A stretch of DNA of 64,000 nucleotides from Macrostomum lignano. Lineage: Eukaryota. Positions 35,002 through 47,207 of this stretch are shown one piece after another (within the stretch, counting starts at the first letter, position 1; each line of letters starts with the position of its first letter). A program made the position numbers and the translations under genes. The stretch spans positions 434,001 through 498,000 of the forward strand of contig NIVC01000421.1 in NCBI GenBank assembly GCA_002269645.1. The letters are read 5' to 3'. The notes below the pieces were generated by a model. That model searched no databases. It was not told the origin of the DNA and saw only the letters and a list, made by a program, of their open reading frames with translations.

Positions 35002-38000
35002 GTGCCATGCTCGAATACGCACTAACCTACAGTCACACCGCACAACCCCAGACGGAGGCGCCTTTGCTAATCCGACCCTTTGTCGGTCGAATGACCAACT
35101 CTGAGCTGCACGCGGTCATCACGTCCGGCTTTGCCACCATCGCCGGAGGCGTGCTGGCGGCCTACATCGGTCTTGGTGTGGAGGCTCGGCACCTGCTGAG
35201 CGCCAGCGTCATGGTGGCGCCGGGTGCTTTGGCCCTGTCGAAAATCATGTACCCAGAGACTAAACAGTCCAAGACTGATAGCGAGAGTATTAAGAAGGTG
35301 AGCGGTGACAGTGATAACTGTTAGATAGCAATGATACCTGTTAGATAGGAACAATATCTGGTTGATAGGAATGATACCTGTTAGTTAGGAATGATACCTG
35401 TTGAATAGGAATGGTACCTGGTTGATAGGAATGATACCTGTTAGATAGGAACAATATCTGGTTGATAGGAATGATACCTGTTAGTTAGGAATGATACCTG
35501 TTGGATAGGAGTGATACCTGTTAGATAGAAATGATACCTCTTAGATAGGAATGATACATGTTGGATAGGAATGATACCTGTTAGATAGAAATGACACCTG
35601 TTAGATAGGAATGATGCCTGTTTGATAGGAATGATACCTGTTAGATAGGAATGATACCTCTTAGATAGGAATGATATCTGTTGGATAGGAATGATTCCTG
35701 TTGGATAGGAATGATGCCTGTTTGATAGGAATGATGCCTGTTGGATATTAATGATTCCTGTTGGATAGGAATGATGCCTGTTTGATAGGAATGATGCCTG
35801 TTGGATAGGAATGATACCTGTTAGATAGGAATGATACCTCTTAGATAGGAATTATACATGTTGGATAGGAATGATACCTGTTAGATAGAAATGATACCTG
35901 TTAGATAGGAATGATGCCTGTTTGATAGGAATGATGCCTGTTGGATATGAATGATTCCTGTTGGATAGGAATGATTCCTGTTTGATAGGAATGATATCCT
36001 GTTAGATAGGTATACTTAGCTATTTAAATAGGAATACCAATATGTTAGACACGAATACTGATATTTTAGACACGAATACCGATATTTTAGACACGAATAC
36101 CGATATTTTAGACACGAATACCGATATTTTAGACACGAATACCGATATTTTAGACACGAATGCCTGTTTGACATGAATACCCTTTAATCCTAAAATCTCC
36201 CAGGTAAAAATGGGTAGCTACCGCAACGCAATCGACGCCATGGGCACTGGAGCCATCAACTCGATTCCTCTGGTTGGCGCCATCGCAGTTAATTTAATCG
36301 CCTTCATCAGCATGCTGACATTTTTAAACACAACTCTCACATGGTTTGGCCGGCGCGCCTGTCTGAATGTGGACCTGACCTTCGAGCTGATCTGCGGCTA
36401 CCTGTTCTGGCCAATCGCTTACGTAATCGGAATCAGCTCCATCGATTGCAGTCGCGTTGCCGAACTCATCGGAGTCAAGTTTTTCATCAACGAGTTTGTG
36501 GCTTATCAGCGATTTAGTGAGCGACTCAATGGCGGGAGGCGATGGATTGCTAGTCTATCCAACTTCAATTAGGATGGATTGCTAGTCTATCCAACTTCAA
36601 TTAGGATGGATTGCTAGTCTATCCAACTTTAATTAGAATGGACTGCTAGTCTATCCAACTTTAATTAGAATGGATTGCTAGTCTATCCAACTTTAATTAG
36701 AATGGATTGCTAGTCTATCCAACTTCAATTAGGATGGATTGCTAGTCTATCCAACTTTAATTAGAATGGACTGCTAGTCTATCCAACTTTAATTAGAATG
36801 GATTGCTAGTCTATCCAACTTTAATTAGAATGGACTGCTAGTCTATCCAACTTTAATTAGAATGGATTGCTAGTCTATCCAACTTCAATTAGAATGGATT
36901 GCTAGTCTATCCAACTTTAATTAGAATGGATTGCTAGTCTTGCCAACATCATATAGGAGGGATTGCTAGTCTATCCAACTTCAATTAGAATGGATTGCTA
37001 GTCTATCCAACTTCAATTAGAATGGATTGCTAGTCTATCCAACTTCAATTAGAATGGATTGCTAGTCTAGCCAACATCATATAGGAGGGATTGCTAGTCT
37101 ATCCAACTTTAATTAGAATGGACTGCTAGTCTATCCAACTTTAATTAGAATGGATTGCTAGTCTATCCAACTTTAATTAGAATGGATTGCTAGTCTATCC
37201 AACTTCAATTAGAATGGATTGCTAGTCTATCCAACTTCAATTAGAATGGATTGCTAGTCTATCCAACTTCAATTAGAATGGATTGCTAGTCTATCCAACT
37301 TCAATTAGAATGGATTGCTAGTCTATCCAACTTAAATTAGAATGGATTGCTAGTCTTGCCAACATCATATAGGAGGGATTGCTAGTCTATCCAACTTCAA
37401 TTAGAATGGATTGCTAGTCTATCCAACTTCAATTAGAATGGATTGCTAGTCTATCCAACTTCAATTAGAATGGATTGCTAGTCTAGCCAACATCATATAG
37501 GATGGATTGCTAGTCTATCCAACTTTAATTAGAATGGACTGCTAGTCTATCCAACTTTAATTAGAATGGATTGCTAGTCTATCCAACTTTAATTAGAATG
37601 GACTGCTAGTCTATCCAACTTTAATTAGAATGGATTGCTAGTCTATCCAACTTTAATTAGAATGGATTGCTAGTCTATCCAACTTTAATTAGAATGGATT
37701 GCTAGTCTTGCCAACATCATATAGGAGGGATTGCTAGTCTATCCAACTTCAATTAGAATGGATTGCTAGTCTATCCAACTTCAATTAGAATGGATTGCTA
37801 GTCTATCCAACTTCAATTAGAATGGATTGCTAGTCTAGCCAACATCATATAGGATGGATTGCTAGTCTATCCAACTTTAATTAGAATGGACTGCTAGTCT
37901 ATCCAACTTCAATTAGAATGGATTGCTAGTCTATCCAACTTTAATTAGAATGGACTGCTAGTCTATCCAACTTTAATTAGAATGGATTGCTAGTCTATCC

Positions 38001-41000
38001 AACTTTAATTAGAATGGATTGCTAGTCTATCCAACTTTAATTAGAATGGATTGCTAGTCTTGCCAACATCATATAGGAGGGATTGCTAGTCTATCCAACT
38101 TCAATTAGAATGGATTGCTAGTCTATCCAACTTCAATTAGAATGGATTGCTAGTCTATCCAACTTCAATTAGAATGGATTGCTAGTCTAGCCAACATCAT
38201 ATAGGATGGATTGCTAGTCTATCCAACTTTAATTAGAATGGACTGCTAGTCTATCCAACTTTAATTAGAATGGATTGCTAGTCTTGCCAACATCATATAG
38301 GAGGGATTGCTAGTCTATCCAACTTCAATTAGAATGGATTGCTAGTCTATCCAACTTCAATTAGAATGGATTGCTAGTCTATCCAACTTCAATTAGAATG
38401 GATTGCTAGTCTATCCAACTTCAATTAGAATGGATTGCTAGTCTATCCAACTTAAATTAGAATGGATTGCTAGTCTTGCCAACATCATATAGGAGGGATT
38501 GCTAGTCTATCCAACTTCAATTAGAATGGATTGCTAGTCTATCCAACTTTAATTAGAATGGATTGCTAGTCTATCCAACTTCAATTAGAATGGATTGCTA
38601 GTCTAGCCAACATCATATAGGATGGATTGCTAGTCTATCCAACTTTAATTAGAATGGACTGCTAGTCTATCCAACTTTAATTAGAATGGATTGCTAGTCT
38701 ATCCAACTTTAATTAGAATGGACTGCTAGTCTATCCAACTTTAATTAGAATGGATTGCTAGTCTATCCAACTTTAATTAGAATGGATTGCTAGTCTATCC
38801 AACTTTAATTAGAATGGATTGCTAGTCTTGCCAACATCATATAGGAGGGATTGCTAGTCTATCCAACTTCAATTAGAATGGATTGCTAGTCTATCCAACT
38901 TCAATTAGAATGGATTGCTAGTCTATCCAACTTCAATTAGAATGGATTGCTAGTCTAGCCAACATCATATAGGATGGATTGCTAGTCTTTCCAACTTTAA
39001 TTAGAATGGACTGCTAGTCTATCCAACTTTAATTAGAATGGATTGCTAGTCTATCCAACTTTAATTAGAATGGACTGCTAGTCTATCCAACTTTAATTAG
39101 AATGGATTGCTAGTCTATCCAACTTTAATTAGAATGGATTGCTAGTCTATCCAACTTTAATTAGAATGGATTGCTAGTCTATCCAACTTTAATTAGAATG
39201 GATTGCTAGTCTATCCAACTTTAATTAGAATGGACTGCTAGTCTATCCAACTTTAATTAGAATGGATTGCTAGTCTATCCAACTTTAATTAGAATGGATT
39301 GCTAGTCTAGCCAACATCATATAGGATGGATTGCTAATCTATCCAACTTTAATTAGAATGGATTGCTAGTCTAGCCAACATCATATAGGATGGATTGCTA
39401 ATCTATCCAACTTTAATTAGAATGGATTGCTAGTCTATCCAACTTTAATTAGAATGGATTGCTAGTCTATCCAACTTTAATTAGAATGGATTGCTAGTCT
39501 ATCCAACTTCAATTAGAATGGATTGCTAGTCTATCCAACTTTAATTAGAATGGATTGCTAGTCTATCCAACTTTAATTAGAATGGATTGCTAGTCTATCT
39601 AACTTCAATTTGAATGGATTGCTAGTCTATCCAACTTCAATTAGAATGGATTGCTAGTCTATCCAACTTTAAATAGAATGGATTGCTAGTCTATCCAACT
39701 TCAATTAGAATGGATTGCTAGTCTATCCAACTTTAATTAGAATGGACTGCTAGTCTATCCAACTTTAATTAGAATGGACTGCTAGTCTATCCAACTTCAA
39801 TTAGAATGGACTGCTAGTCTATCCAACTTCAATTAGAATGGATTGCTAGTCTAGCCAACTTTAATTAGAATGGATTGCTAGTCTAGCCAACATCATATAG
39901 GATGGATTGCTAGTCTATCCAACTTTATTTAGAATGGACTGCTAGTCTATCCAACTTTAATTAGAATGGATTGCTAGTCTAGCCAACATCATATAGGATG
40001 GATTGCTAATCTATCCAACTTTAGTTAGAATGGACTGCTAGTCTATCCAACTTTAATTAGAATGGATTGCTAGTCTTGCACAACATCATATAGGAGGGAT
40101 TGCTAGTCTATCCAGCTTTAATTAGAATGGATTGCTAGTCTATCCAACTTTAATTAGAATGGATTGCTAGTCTAGCCAACATCATATAGGATGGATTGCT
40201 AGTCTATCCAACTTCAATTAGAATGGATTGCTAGTCTAGCCAACTTTAATTAGAATGGATTGCTAGTCTATCCAGCTTTAATTAGAATGGATTGCTAGTC
40301 TAGCCAACATCATATAGGATGGATTGCTAGTCTATCCAACTTTATTTAGAATGGATTGCTAGTCTATCCAACTTTAATTAGAATGGATTGCTAGTCTAGC
40401 CAACATCATATAGGATGGATTGCTAGTCTATCCAACTTTATTTAGAATGGATTGCTAGTCTATCCAACTTTAATTAGAATGGATTGCTAGTCTATCCAAC
40501 TTTAATTAGAATGGATTGCTAGTCTAGCCAACATCATATAGGATGGATTGCTAGTCTATCCAACTTTAGTTAGAATGGACTGCTAGTCTATCCAACTTAA
40601 ATTAGAATGGATTGCTAGTCTTGCCAACATCATATAGGAGGGATTGCTAGTCTATCCAGCTTTAATTAGAATGGATTGCTAGTCTATCCAACTTTAATTA
40701 GAATGGATTGCTAGTCTATCCAACTTTAATTAGAATGGATTGCTAGTCTAGCCAACATCATATAGGATGGATTGCTAATCTATCCAACTTTAGTTAGAAT
40801 GGACTGCTAGTCTATCCAACTTTAATTAGAATGGATTGCTAGTCTTGCCAACATCATATAGGAGGGATTGCTAGTCTATCCAGCTTTAATTAGAATGGAT
40901 TGCTAGTCTATCCAACTTTAATTAGAATGGATTGCTAGTCTATCCAACTTTAATTAGAATGGATTGCTAGTCTAGCCAACATCATATAGGATGGATTGCT

Positions 41001-44000
41001 AATCTATCCAACTTTAGTTAGAATGGACTGCTAGTCTATCCAACTTTAATTAGAATGGATTGCTAGTCTTGCCAACATCATATAGGAGGGATTGCTAGTC
41101 TATCCAGCTTTAATTAGAATGGATTGCTTGTCTAGACAACTGTAATTATAACGGATTGCTAGTGTAGCCAGCTTCAATGTATGAATATTTTTAGAATGGA
41201 TTGCTAATCTAGTCAACTTCAATATAGGACTATAATTATAATGGATTGCTTGTCTAGCCAGTCAAATAACAAATAATAAAAATAACGAAGTTATTCATTC
41301 TATCATTATCAGAAATAGAAAATTTACAGCTCATTCATACGTTCTCCTTCGCAGATACTTACAGAACAAACCGAATTGAGTTCCTGAAGCTGAACAGCAC
41401 AGACTACTATTGGGAAGGCAACAATGTAATTCTGCCCAACTCCAATACAACACTAGTTGGCGGACTTCTGTTTGAGGTAAACTTCTTTATTTTATCTTTC
41501 GTGCAATGCATGAGATTCAAATTTAGATAAACAGAAATAACAACAGCGAGACAACAGTCTGCAACAATAGAGAACAATAGAATCAACTAAAAAACAAACA
41601 GACAGCAACAACAACAACAACACAAACAAATACGACAACAATTCAAACAGAAAATAATAACAACAACACAATGCAGACAGAAACAACAACACAAACAGAC
41701 AGAAACAACAACACAATGCAGACAGCAACAACAACACAATGCAGACAGAAACAACAACACAATGCAGACAGCAACAACAACACAAACAGACAGAAACAAC
41801 AACGCAAACAGACAGAAACAACAACACAAATGCAGACAGAAACAACAACACAAACAGACAGAAACAACAACACAATGCAGACAGAAACAACAACACAAAC
41901 AGACAGAAACAACAACATAATGCAGACAGAAACAACAACACAAACAGACAGAAACAACAACACAATGCAGACAGAAACAACAACACAAACAGACAGAAAC
42001 AACAACACAATGCAGACAGAAACAACAACACAAACAGACAGAAACAACAACACAAACAGACAGAAACAACAACACAATGCAGACAGAAACAACAACACAA
42101 ACAGACAGAAACAACAACACAATGCAGACAGAAACAACAACACAATGCAGACACAATAACAAAGCAAGACAACAACACCAATAATGACATGAACAAAAGC
42201 GAAAAATATATGCGCGTGGAAATAACTTTAAAAAATAGTTTTGCTTTCAAAGACTGAAGCGGTGAATTATAAAAAAATATATATAAAATACAAAATATAC
42301 TACTTCGACATCGTCTGTCGAACATCAAATGAATAGTTATATAAATTCACGGTCGAAGTAGTCACAGATGAAGCATTCAAACGACAGTTTTAGTGGATAT
42401 CTCTGCCATGCCATCCATAGCCAGGTACACAGCCGCCAGGCCAACTCGGTCCTCAGCCAGCCGAAGCATAAAGGCCCGGTCGGTGCAGCTGAACTTTTCA
42501 ATCAGTCTGGATTCGATCTTTTTCTTAGAATATCGCCGAATATTCTGACGCTGTTCTCCAACTCGGAGATAATTCAGAAATGTTTGAGCGAATTGCCGCC
42601 TACTCGGTGGCAGCATAGCAACTATCCAGCACGCAGCCGATAGAAGCAGACAAACGACGCACAGAAGCAGCCAGAACCAGTAGAACATGATCAGGTGTTC
42701 AAGCAGCATGTTAATTGGCAAAGCGCACTGCATCACTCTGGTGTTCCAGTTGCCCAGATGCCTAGTGTATACATCGCAATAGGCCCATCTAGGAAATAGG
42801 TTGGTGTCCTCCCAAGTCTCACCCATTAGACTGTTGCTAGCCATTGACAATCCGAATAGTGGCGAGTCCAGACCGAATACTGCTTGCAGGTAGAACAGCG
42901 AACCAATCACGGCGGCAAGTCGAAGTACTTTAAACAGCATGTAGACAACGAACAGGTGACAGCTGTCAAAGTTGATTAACTTATTGCGACTGAGAAGGTG
43001 ATCCGCAATCCTAGCAGTCCATCTCTGCCGTTCGGTGCAGTTCGCTAACGATTCGGCCTTCACACCGGATGAGTCACAGTCGCGCCTCATAAGTTCCTGA
43101 TTGCCAACCAGGAAAGCGAATGCTTTGATAATTTCTATCGGCTGTTCTGTGTCCAGGCTGCAGTAGAAGTGCCAGAAAAAGTCTGGGGATTTCAGTATGA
43201 CCGCCTGGCCCATGAAAATGTACGGGATCCAGTAGTAGTAATCTGCGGGGTTCAGCGGCAGTCCCGGATGCGTTCTGGTAGAGCTTTAGGTAGGGGCATC
43301 TTAGGAGAGCAGAGGATGGTAAAGATATCAGAGCAGAGGATGGTAAAGATATCAGAGCAGAGGATGGTAAAGATAGCAGAGCAGAGGATGGTAAAGATAT
43401 CAGAGCAGAGGATGGTAAAGATATCAGAGCAGAGGATGGTAAAGATAGCAGAGCAGAGGATGGTAAAGATATCAGATCAGAGGATGGTAAAGATATCAGA
43501 GGGTGGTAAAGATAGCAGTGGATGGTAAAGATATCAGAGCAGAGGATGGTAAAGATATCAGAGCAGAGGATGGTAAAGATATCAGAGCAGAGGATGGTAA
43601 AGATATCAGAGCAGAGGATGGTAAAGATATCAGAGCAGAGGATGGTAAAGATATCAGAGCAGAGGTTGGTTACCAGAGGATGGTAAAGACAGCAGTCAAT
43701 TGTAAAAGATATCAGAGCAGAGGATGGTGTAAAGAGAGGACAGTATGCAATTGGAAATATGATCTCAAACACAGGACTGTATTGAAACTAAGGCTGCTCA
43801 CCAATCGGCAGTCTGGGCAAATAATGCCACTCAGAGTCGGACGTGTTGGTTGTGGCGTTGACAACACCCTGCGGCATTCTGTAGGTGCCGTCAGTTAGGC
43901 AGATGGCCTCTGCAGCTTTCTCCCAAGATTCTGGCCATTCAGACGGCGACACGCACTCGATAGTGCTGAAGAAGAACATTTTAGTCATTAGCATAACTAA

Positions 44001-46304
44001 AATGCAGCTGTTGATGGTCACTGACAAGTGGCTGGACAGCGAATCGGCAAAGTCCTGCGGCAATAACTGGAAATTGTGCATGCACTCCATCAGGTAGAAT
44101 ATTAGCTTGAAGAAGATTAAATTGTAGGGCATGTGACTCATGATTGATCTGCTTGTCGTTCTCGTAAAGGGGACGCACACGTAGTCTTAGAAGTTGGCTC
44201 TTACAATCAAACACTTTTGTTGTCTTCTGCTCGCCTTTTTGGGCGCCGAGTCTGAGTATATTATAGCCGCTTTTGCGTACAGCTTGCGTACAGCGAGTAA
44301 TGCAGTGAGCCATTGTTTGGCTAACGACGTTCTGTGCCTTCCAATCTGGGTTAGAAGTGTTTCATGCTCAAGAGTAGAAGATTAGCAAGAGAAAGAAATG
44401 AAGGTAGAAACAGAGATGGGCGAGAGTACGTGGAGTTTCCCAGAGCAGAAATTTCTTTCGAGCAGAGAGATTTTTTTCTTCTATATTAGGTGCGCGAACT
44501 TGCAGTTAAATAGCTATGTTTAATGCAAGCGCTACTACAGGACAAAAATCTGCGCTAGTGCAGTCGTTTAACCCTCCACAGTCCAAGCTCTTCACAGAAC
44601 TCACGTGTCTTCTGTGTATTCCAATGCCTTCTGTGTACCAGAGCTCTGGTGTCTTCTGTGTACCAGAACTCTGGTGTCTTCTGTGTACCAGAGCTCTGGT
44701 GTCTTCTGTGTATTCTAATGTCTTCTGTGTACCAGAGCTCTGGTGTCTTCTGTGTATTCTAATGTCTTCTGTGTACCAGAGCTCTGGTGTCTTCTGTGTA
44801 TTCTAATGTCTTCTGTGTACCAGATCTCTGGTGTCTTCTGTGTATTCTAATGTCTTCTGTGTACCAGATCTCTGATGTCTTCTGTGTATTCTAATGTCTT
44901 CTGTGTACCAGATCTCTGATGTCTTCTGTGTATTCTAATGTCTTCTGTGTACCAGATCTCTGATGTCTTCTGTGTACCAGATCTCTGATGTCTTCTGTGT
45001 ATTCTAATGTCTTCTGTGTACCAGAGCTCTGGTGTCTTCTGTGTATTCTAATGTCTTCTGTGTACCAGAGCTATGGTGTCTTCTGTGTATTCTAATGTCT
45101 TCTGTGTACCAGATCTCTGATGTCTTCTGTGTATTCTAATGTCTTCTGTATACCAGAGCTCTGATGTCTTCTGTGTATTCTAATGTCTTCTGTGTACAAG
45201 AACTTTGGTGTCTTCTGTGTATTCTAATGTCTTCTGTGTACCAGATTTCTAATGTCTTCTGTGTACCATAACTTTGATGTCTTCTGTGTATTCTAATGTC
45301 TTCTGTATACCAGAACTTTGGTGTCTTCTGTGTATTCTAATGTTTTTTGTATCAGATCTCTGATGTCTTCTGTGTATTCTAATGTCTTTTGTATACCAGA
45401 TCTCTGGTGTCTTCTGTGTACCAGAACTCTGGTGTCTTCTGTGTACCAGCTAGAACTGTGGTGTCCTCTCGTATCAGATTGCTAACACCGCTTGGAAATT
45501 TAATTTTCTTCAACGTAAACGCTTAAAAAAACTACACACAGGATCGGTCGCTCACCATAGTGACCTATGCTCTGTGTGGATTTGCCAACATCAGCTCCAT
45601 CGGCATTCAGCTAGGCATGTTCTCCGTGCTCACGCCTAAGCGAAAGAATGAAATTGTGCCGCTGGTGCTGCGCGGAGTTATCACGGGGACGCTGGCCAAT
45701 TTGCTGACGGCGAGCATTGCTGGTGAGTTGATTGAGAGGGGAGGAAAGTTTACCGATAAAAAAGATTGTTTATGATGGTTGAGGAGACGTTCAGAAGGTT
45801 AGAAGCCCGCTGGAATGAGTGGGGAGGGGTTGATGGGTTTAGCAGCCCGCTGGAATGAGTGGGGAGGGGTTGATGGGTTTAGCAGCCCGCTGGAATGAGT
45901 GGGGAGGGGTTGATGGGTTTAGAAGCCCGCTGGAATGAGTGGGGAGGGGTTGAGGGGGGTTAGCAGCCCGCTGGAATGAGTGGAGGTTGAGGGGGTTTAG
46001 CAGCCCGCTGGAATGAATGGGGAGGGGTTGAGAGGGTTAATTAGCAGCCGCTAGAATGACTGGGGGGTTGAGGGGGTTAATTAGCAGCCCGCTGGAATGA
46101 ATGGGGGGTTGAGGGGGTTAATTAGCAGCCCGCTGGAATGAATGGGGGGTTGAGGGGGTTAATTAGCAGCCCGCTGGAATGAATGGGGGGTTGAGGGGGT
46201 TAATTAGCAGTCGCTGGAATGAATGGTTATTTTATGGTGCATTTATGTTGAAATTTGCACTTTACTGTTTTTCAGGTATTTTCTACAATCCTACTTCAAC
46301 TTAA
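27294..46304 (+). CDS. SLC28A: Concentrative Na+/nucleoside cotransporter (SLC28/CNT family), 8 exons, about 584 aa; 5' end may extend further
   Basis: Exons 27294-27803, 31468-31659, 32579-32740, 35052-35297, 36204-36516, 41355-41476, 45542-45722, 46276-46304 join in frame. Motifs: VNWRPV, FVFG...[88 protein letters not shown]. Confidence 0.95.
27820..28500. repeat. About 25-27-bp minisatellite (gcgattctcttcagggg...) in CNT intron 1
   Basis: Direct reading. Confidence 0.88.
28630..29322 (-). mobile_element. Truncated LTR retrotransposon remnant: 5' LTR (~29322-28650) plus tRNA-Leu PBS
   Basis: The - strand reads TGTCA...TATAAATA (28800-28807)...GTACAACA, one spacer base, then TGGTGGCAGCGGTGGGATT, which is complementary to a tRNA-Leu 3' end with CCA. 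No gag follows. The outer LTR end is uncertain (29322 or 29304). Confidence 0.7.
29820..31350. repeat. About 22-23-bp minisatellite (gggaatcccctagaaaccacctt), interrupted at ~30000-30320
   Basis: Direct reading. Confidence 0.9.
31850..32440. repeat. 20-bp minisatellite (agaagtgtacacagtcaatc) in CNT intron 2
   Basis: Direct reading. Confidence 0.92.
32920..33504. repeat. CT-rich/(CT)n simple repeat, resuming at 34949-35000
   Basis: Direct reading. It flanks the Penelope-like element. Confidence 0.92.
33505..34948 (+). mobile_element. 5'-truncated, degenerate Penelope-like element (RT plus C-terminal GIY-YIG), Neptune-like
   Basis: RT motifs [69 protein letters not shown]. Linker [25 protein letters not shown]...[16 protein letters not shown]. 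Frameshifts and a stop at 34256. Confidence 0.88.
35320..36170. repeat. 20-bp array (tgttagataggaatgatacc) followed by a 21-bp array (ttttagacacgaataccgata) in CNT intron 4
   Basis: Direct reading. Confidence 0.9.
36540..41260. repeat. 4.7-kb 32-bp satellite (ggattgctagtctatccaactt[t/c]aattagaat) with higher-order variants, in CNT intron 5
   Basis: About 145 units estimated from length/32. Variant units (ctagccaacatcatataggatgg, cttgccaacatcatataggaggg) recur every few monomers. Confidence 0.97.
41530..42190. repeat. AAC/GACA-rich degenerate minisatellite
   Basis: Direct reading. Confidence 0.9.
42377..44141 (-). CDS. Divergent innexin (gap junction/hemichannel protein), 2 exons, about 401 aa, nested antisense in CNT intron 6
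   Basis: Exons 44141-43802 and 43242-42377 join in phase 1. Motifs: [14 protein letters not shown]...[48 protein letters not shown]...[20 protein letters not shown]. All four extracellular Cys are kept. The start Met is uncertain (44141, 44132 or 44090). Confidence 0.88.
43310..43740. repeat. 24-bp minisatellite (gagcagaggatggtaaagatatca) in the innexin intron
   Basis: Direct reading. Confidence 0.92.
44620..45460. repeat. Dimeric minisatellite (19-bp tcttctgtgtattctaatg plus 25-bp tcttctgtgtaccagagctctggtg)
   Basis: Two related subunits alternate. Confidence 0.9.
45795..46222. repeat. G-rich ~37-40-bp minisatellite (agcagcccgctggaatgagtggggaggggttga...) in CNT intron 7
   Basis: Direct reading. 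Confidence 0.9.
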
Positions 46305-47207
46305 CTAACCAAATTAATCAATTGTGCACAAAGGAACGCGTGTTCGATGGAGATTGCTTAAGTTATCTTCAGCTCATGTTACTGCAATATATTCATGTCC
46401 TGCTTAGAACAAGGCGTTCTGAATTGGGTCAGCACAACATTCATAGTACACTTAGCAAATTGGTAAAAATAATTAAAGCTTTATGTAGCGGTATTTTTAG
46501 GGCAATAAATCATTGAGTATAGAAATATTATTTTCAAATACATAGCGCATTGTATGTTTTTAAATAATTAAAACTGTAAGATTACTGCAATGGAAATTTA
46601 TAATTAAAAAATCCTAAAGCAAATGTACACGTAGCTACATGTTTCTTATATGCTTCTAGCATGTACTTTGTCGGTAGTATTTTTATAGATAGTATTACGT
46701 ATACAATTTTCTGTTGTCAAAAAAGATTAGTGTACATTTTTTCTTTCAAATTAATTTTTTCAATATAAAATAAATAGCTTTGATACGCTGACAATCAAAG
46801 TCTATTGCAAAGCAGAAGTTTTTACGGATTCTTATACAGCAGGCATGCATAGCAGCATGCTTATATATGAACAGTAGCCGATCGACTTTTCCTGTTGTCT
46901 ACATCGTAGTTAATTTTTATAAGTTGCGTCCCCCAATATACTGCATGTACATGTATTATTTATTGTAGTATAATTACGAGTATATATATGAGACGAGATT
47001 TATATATTATGAGAACACATTAGCAAAAACTCTGCATTTTCAGCCGCCAGCCGCCTCAACACTGGCCGGTCAAATCTTAGACACGGTTGTAGCTGGTCAA
47101 TGACTGACTCGATATTAAATATTTTCAAATGGATGTGCAGTTATTCAAAACTATACGCATGTCACATTCAAGCATATTTGCTTATATGTACATGTACGTA
47201 ATCTACT

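Noticed and set aside
36540-41260. CRISPR-like regular 32-bp repeats
   Set aside because: Monomers are head-to-tail with no unique spacers, there are no cas genes, and the context is a eukaryotic intron.
41492-42328. Cys-rich (CCCFCL) and Gln/Thr-rich ORFs
   Set aside because: These are translations of the AAC/GACA simple repeat on both strands.
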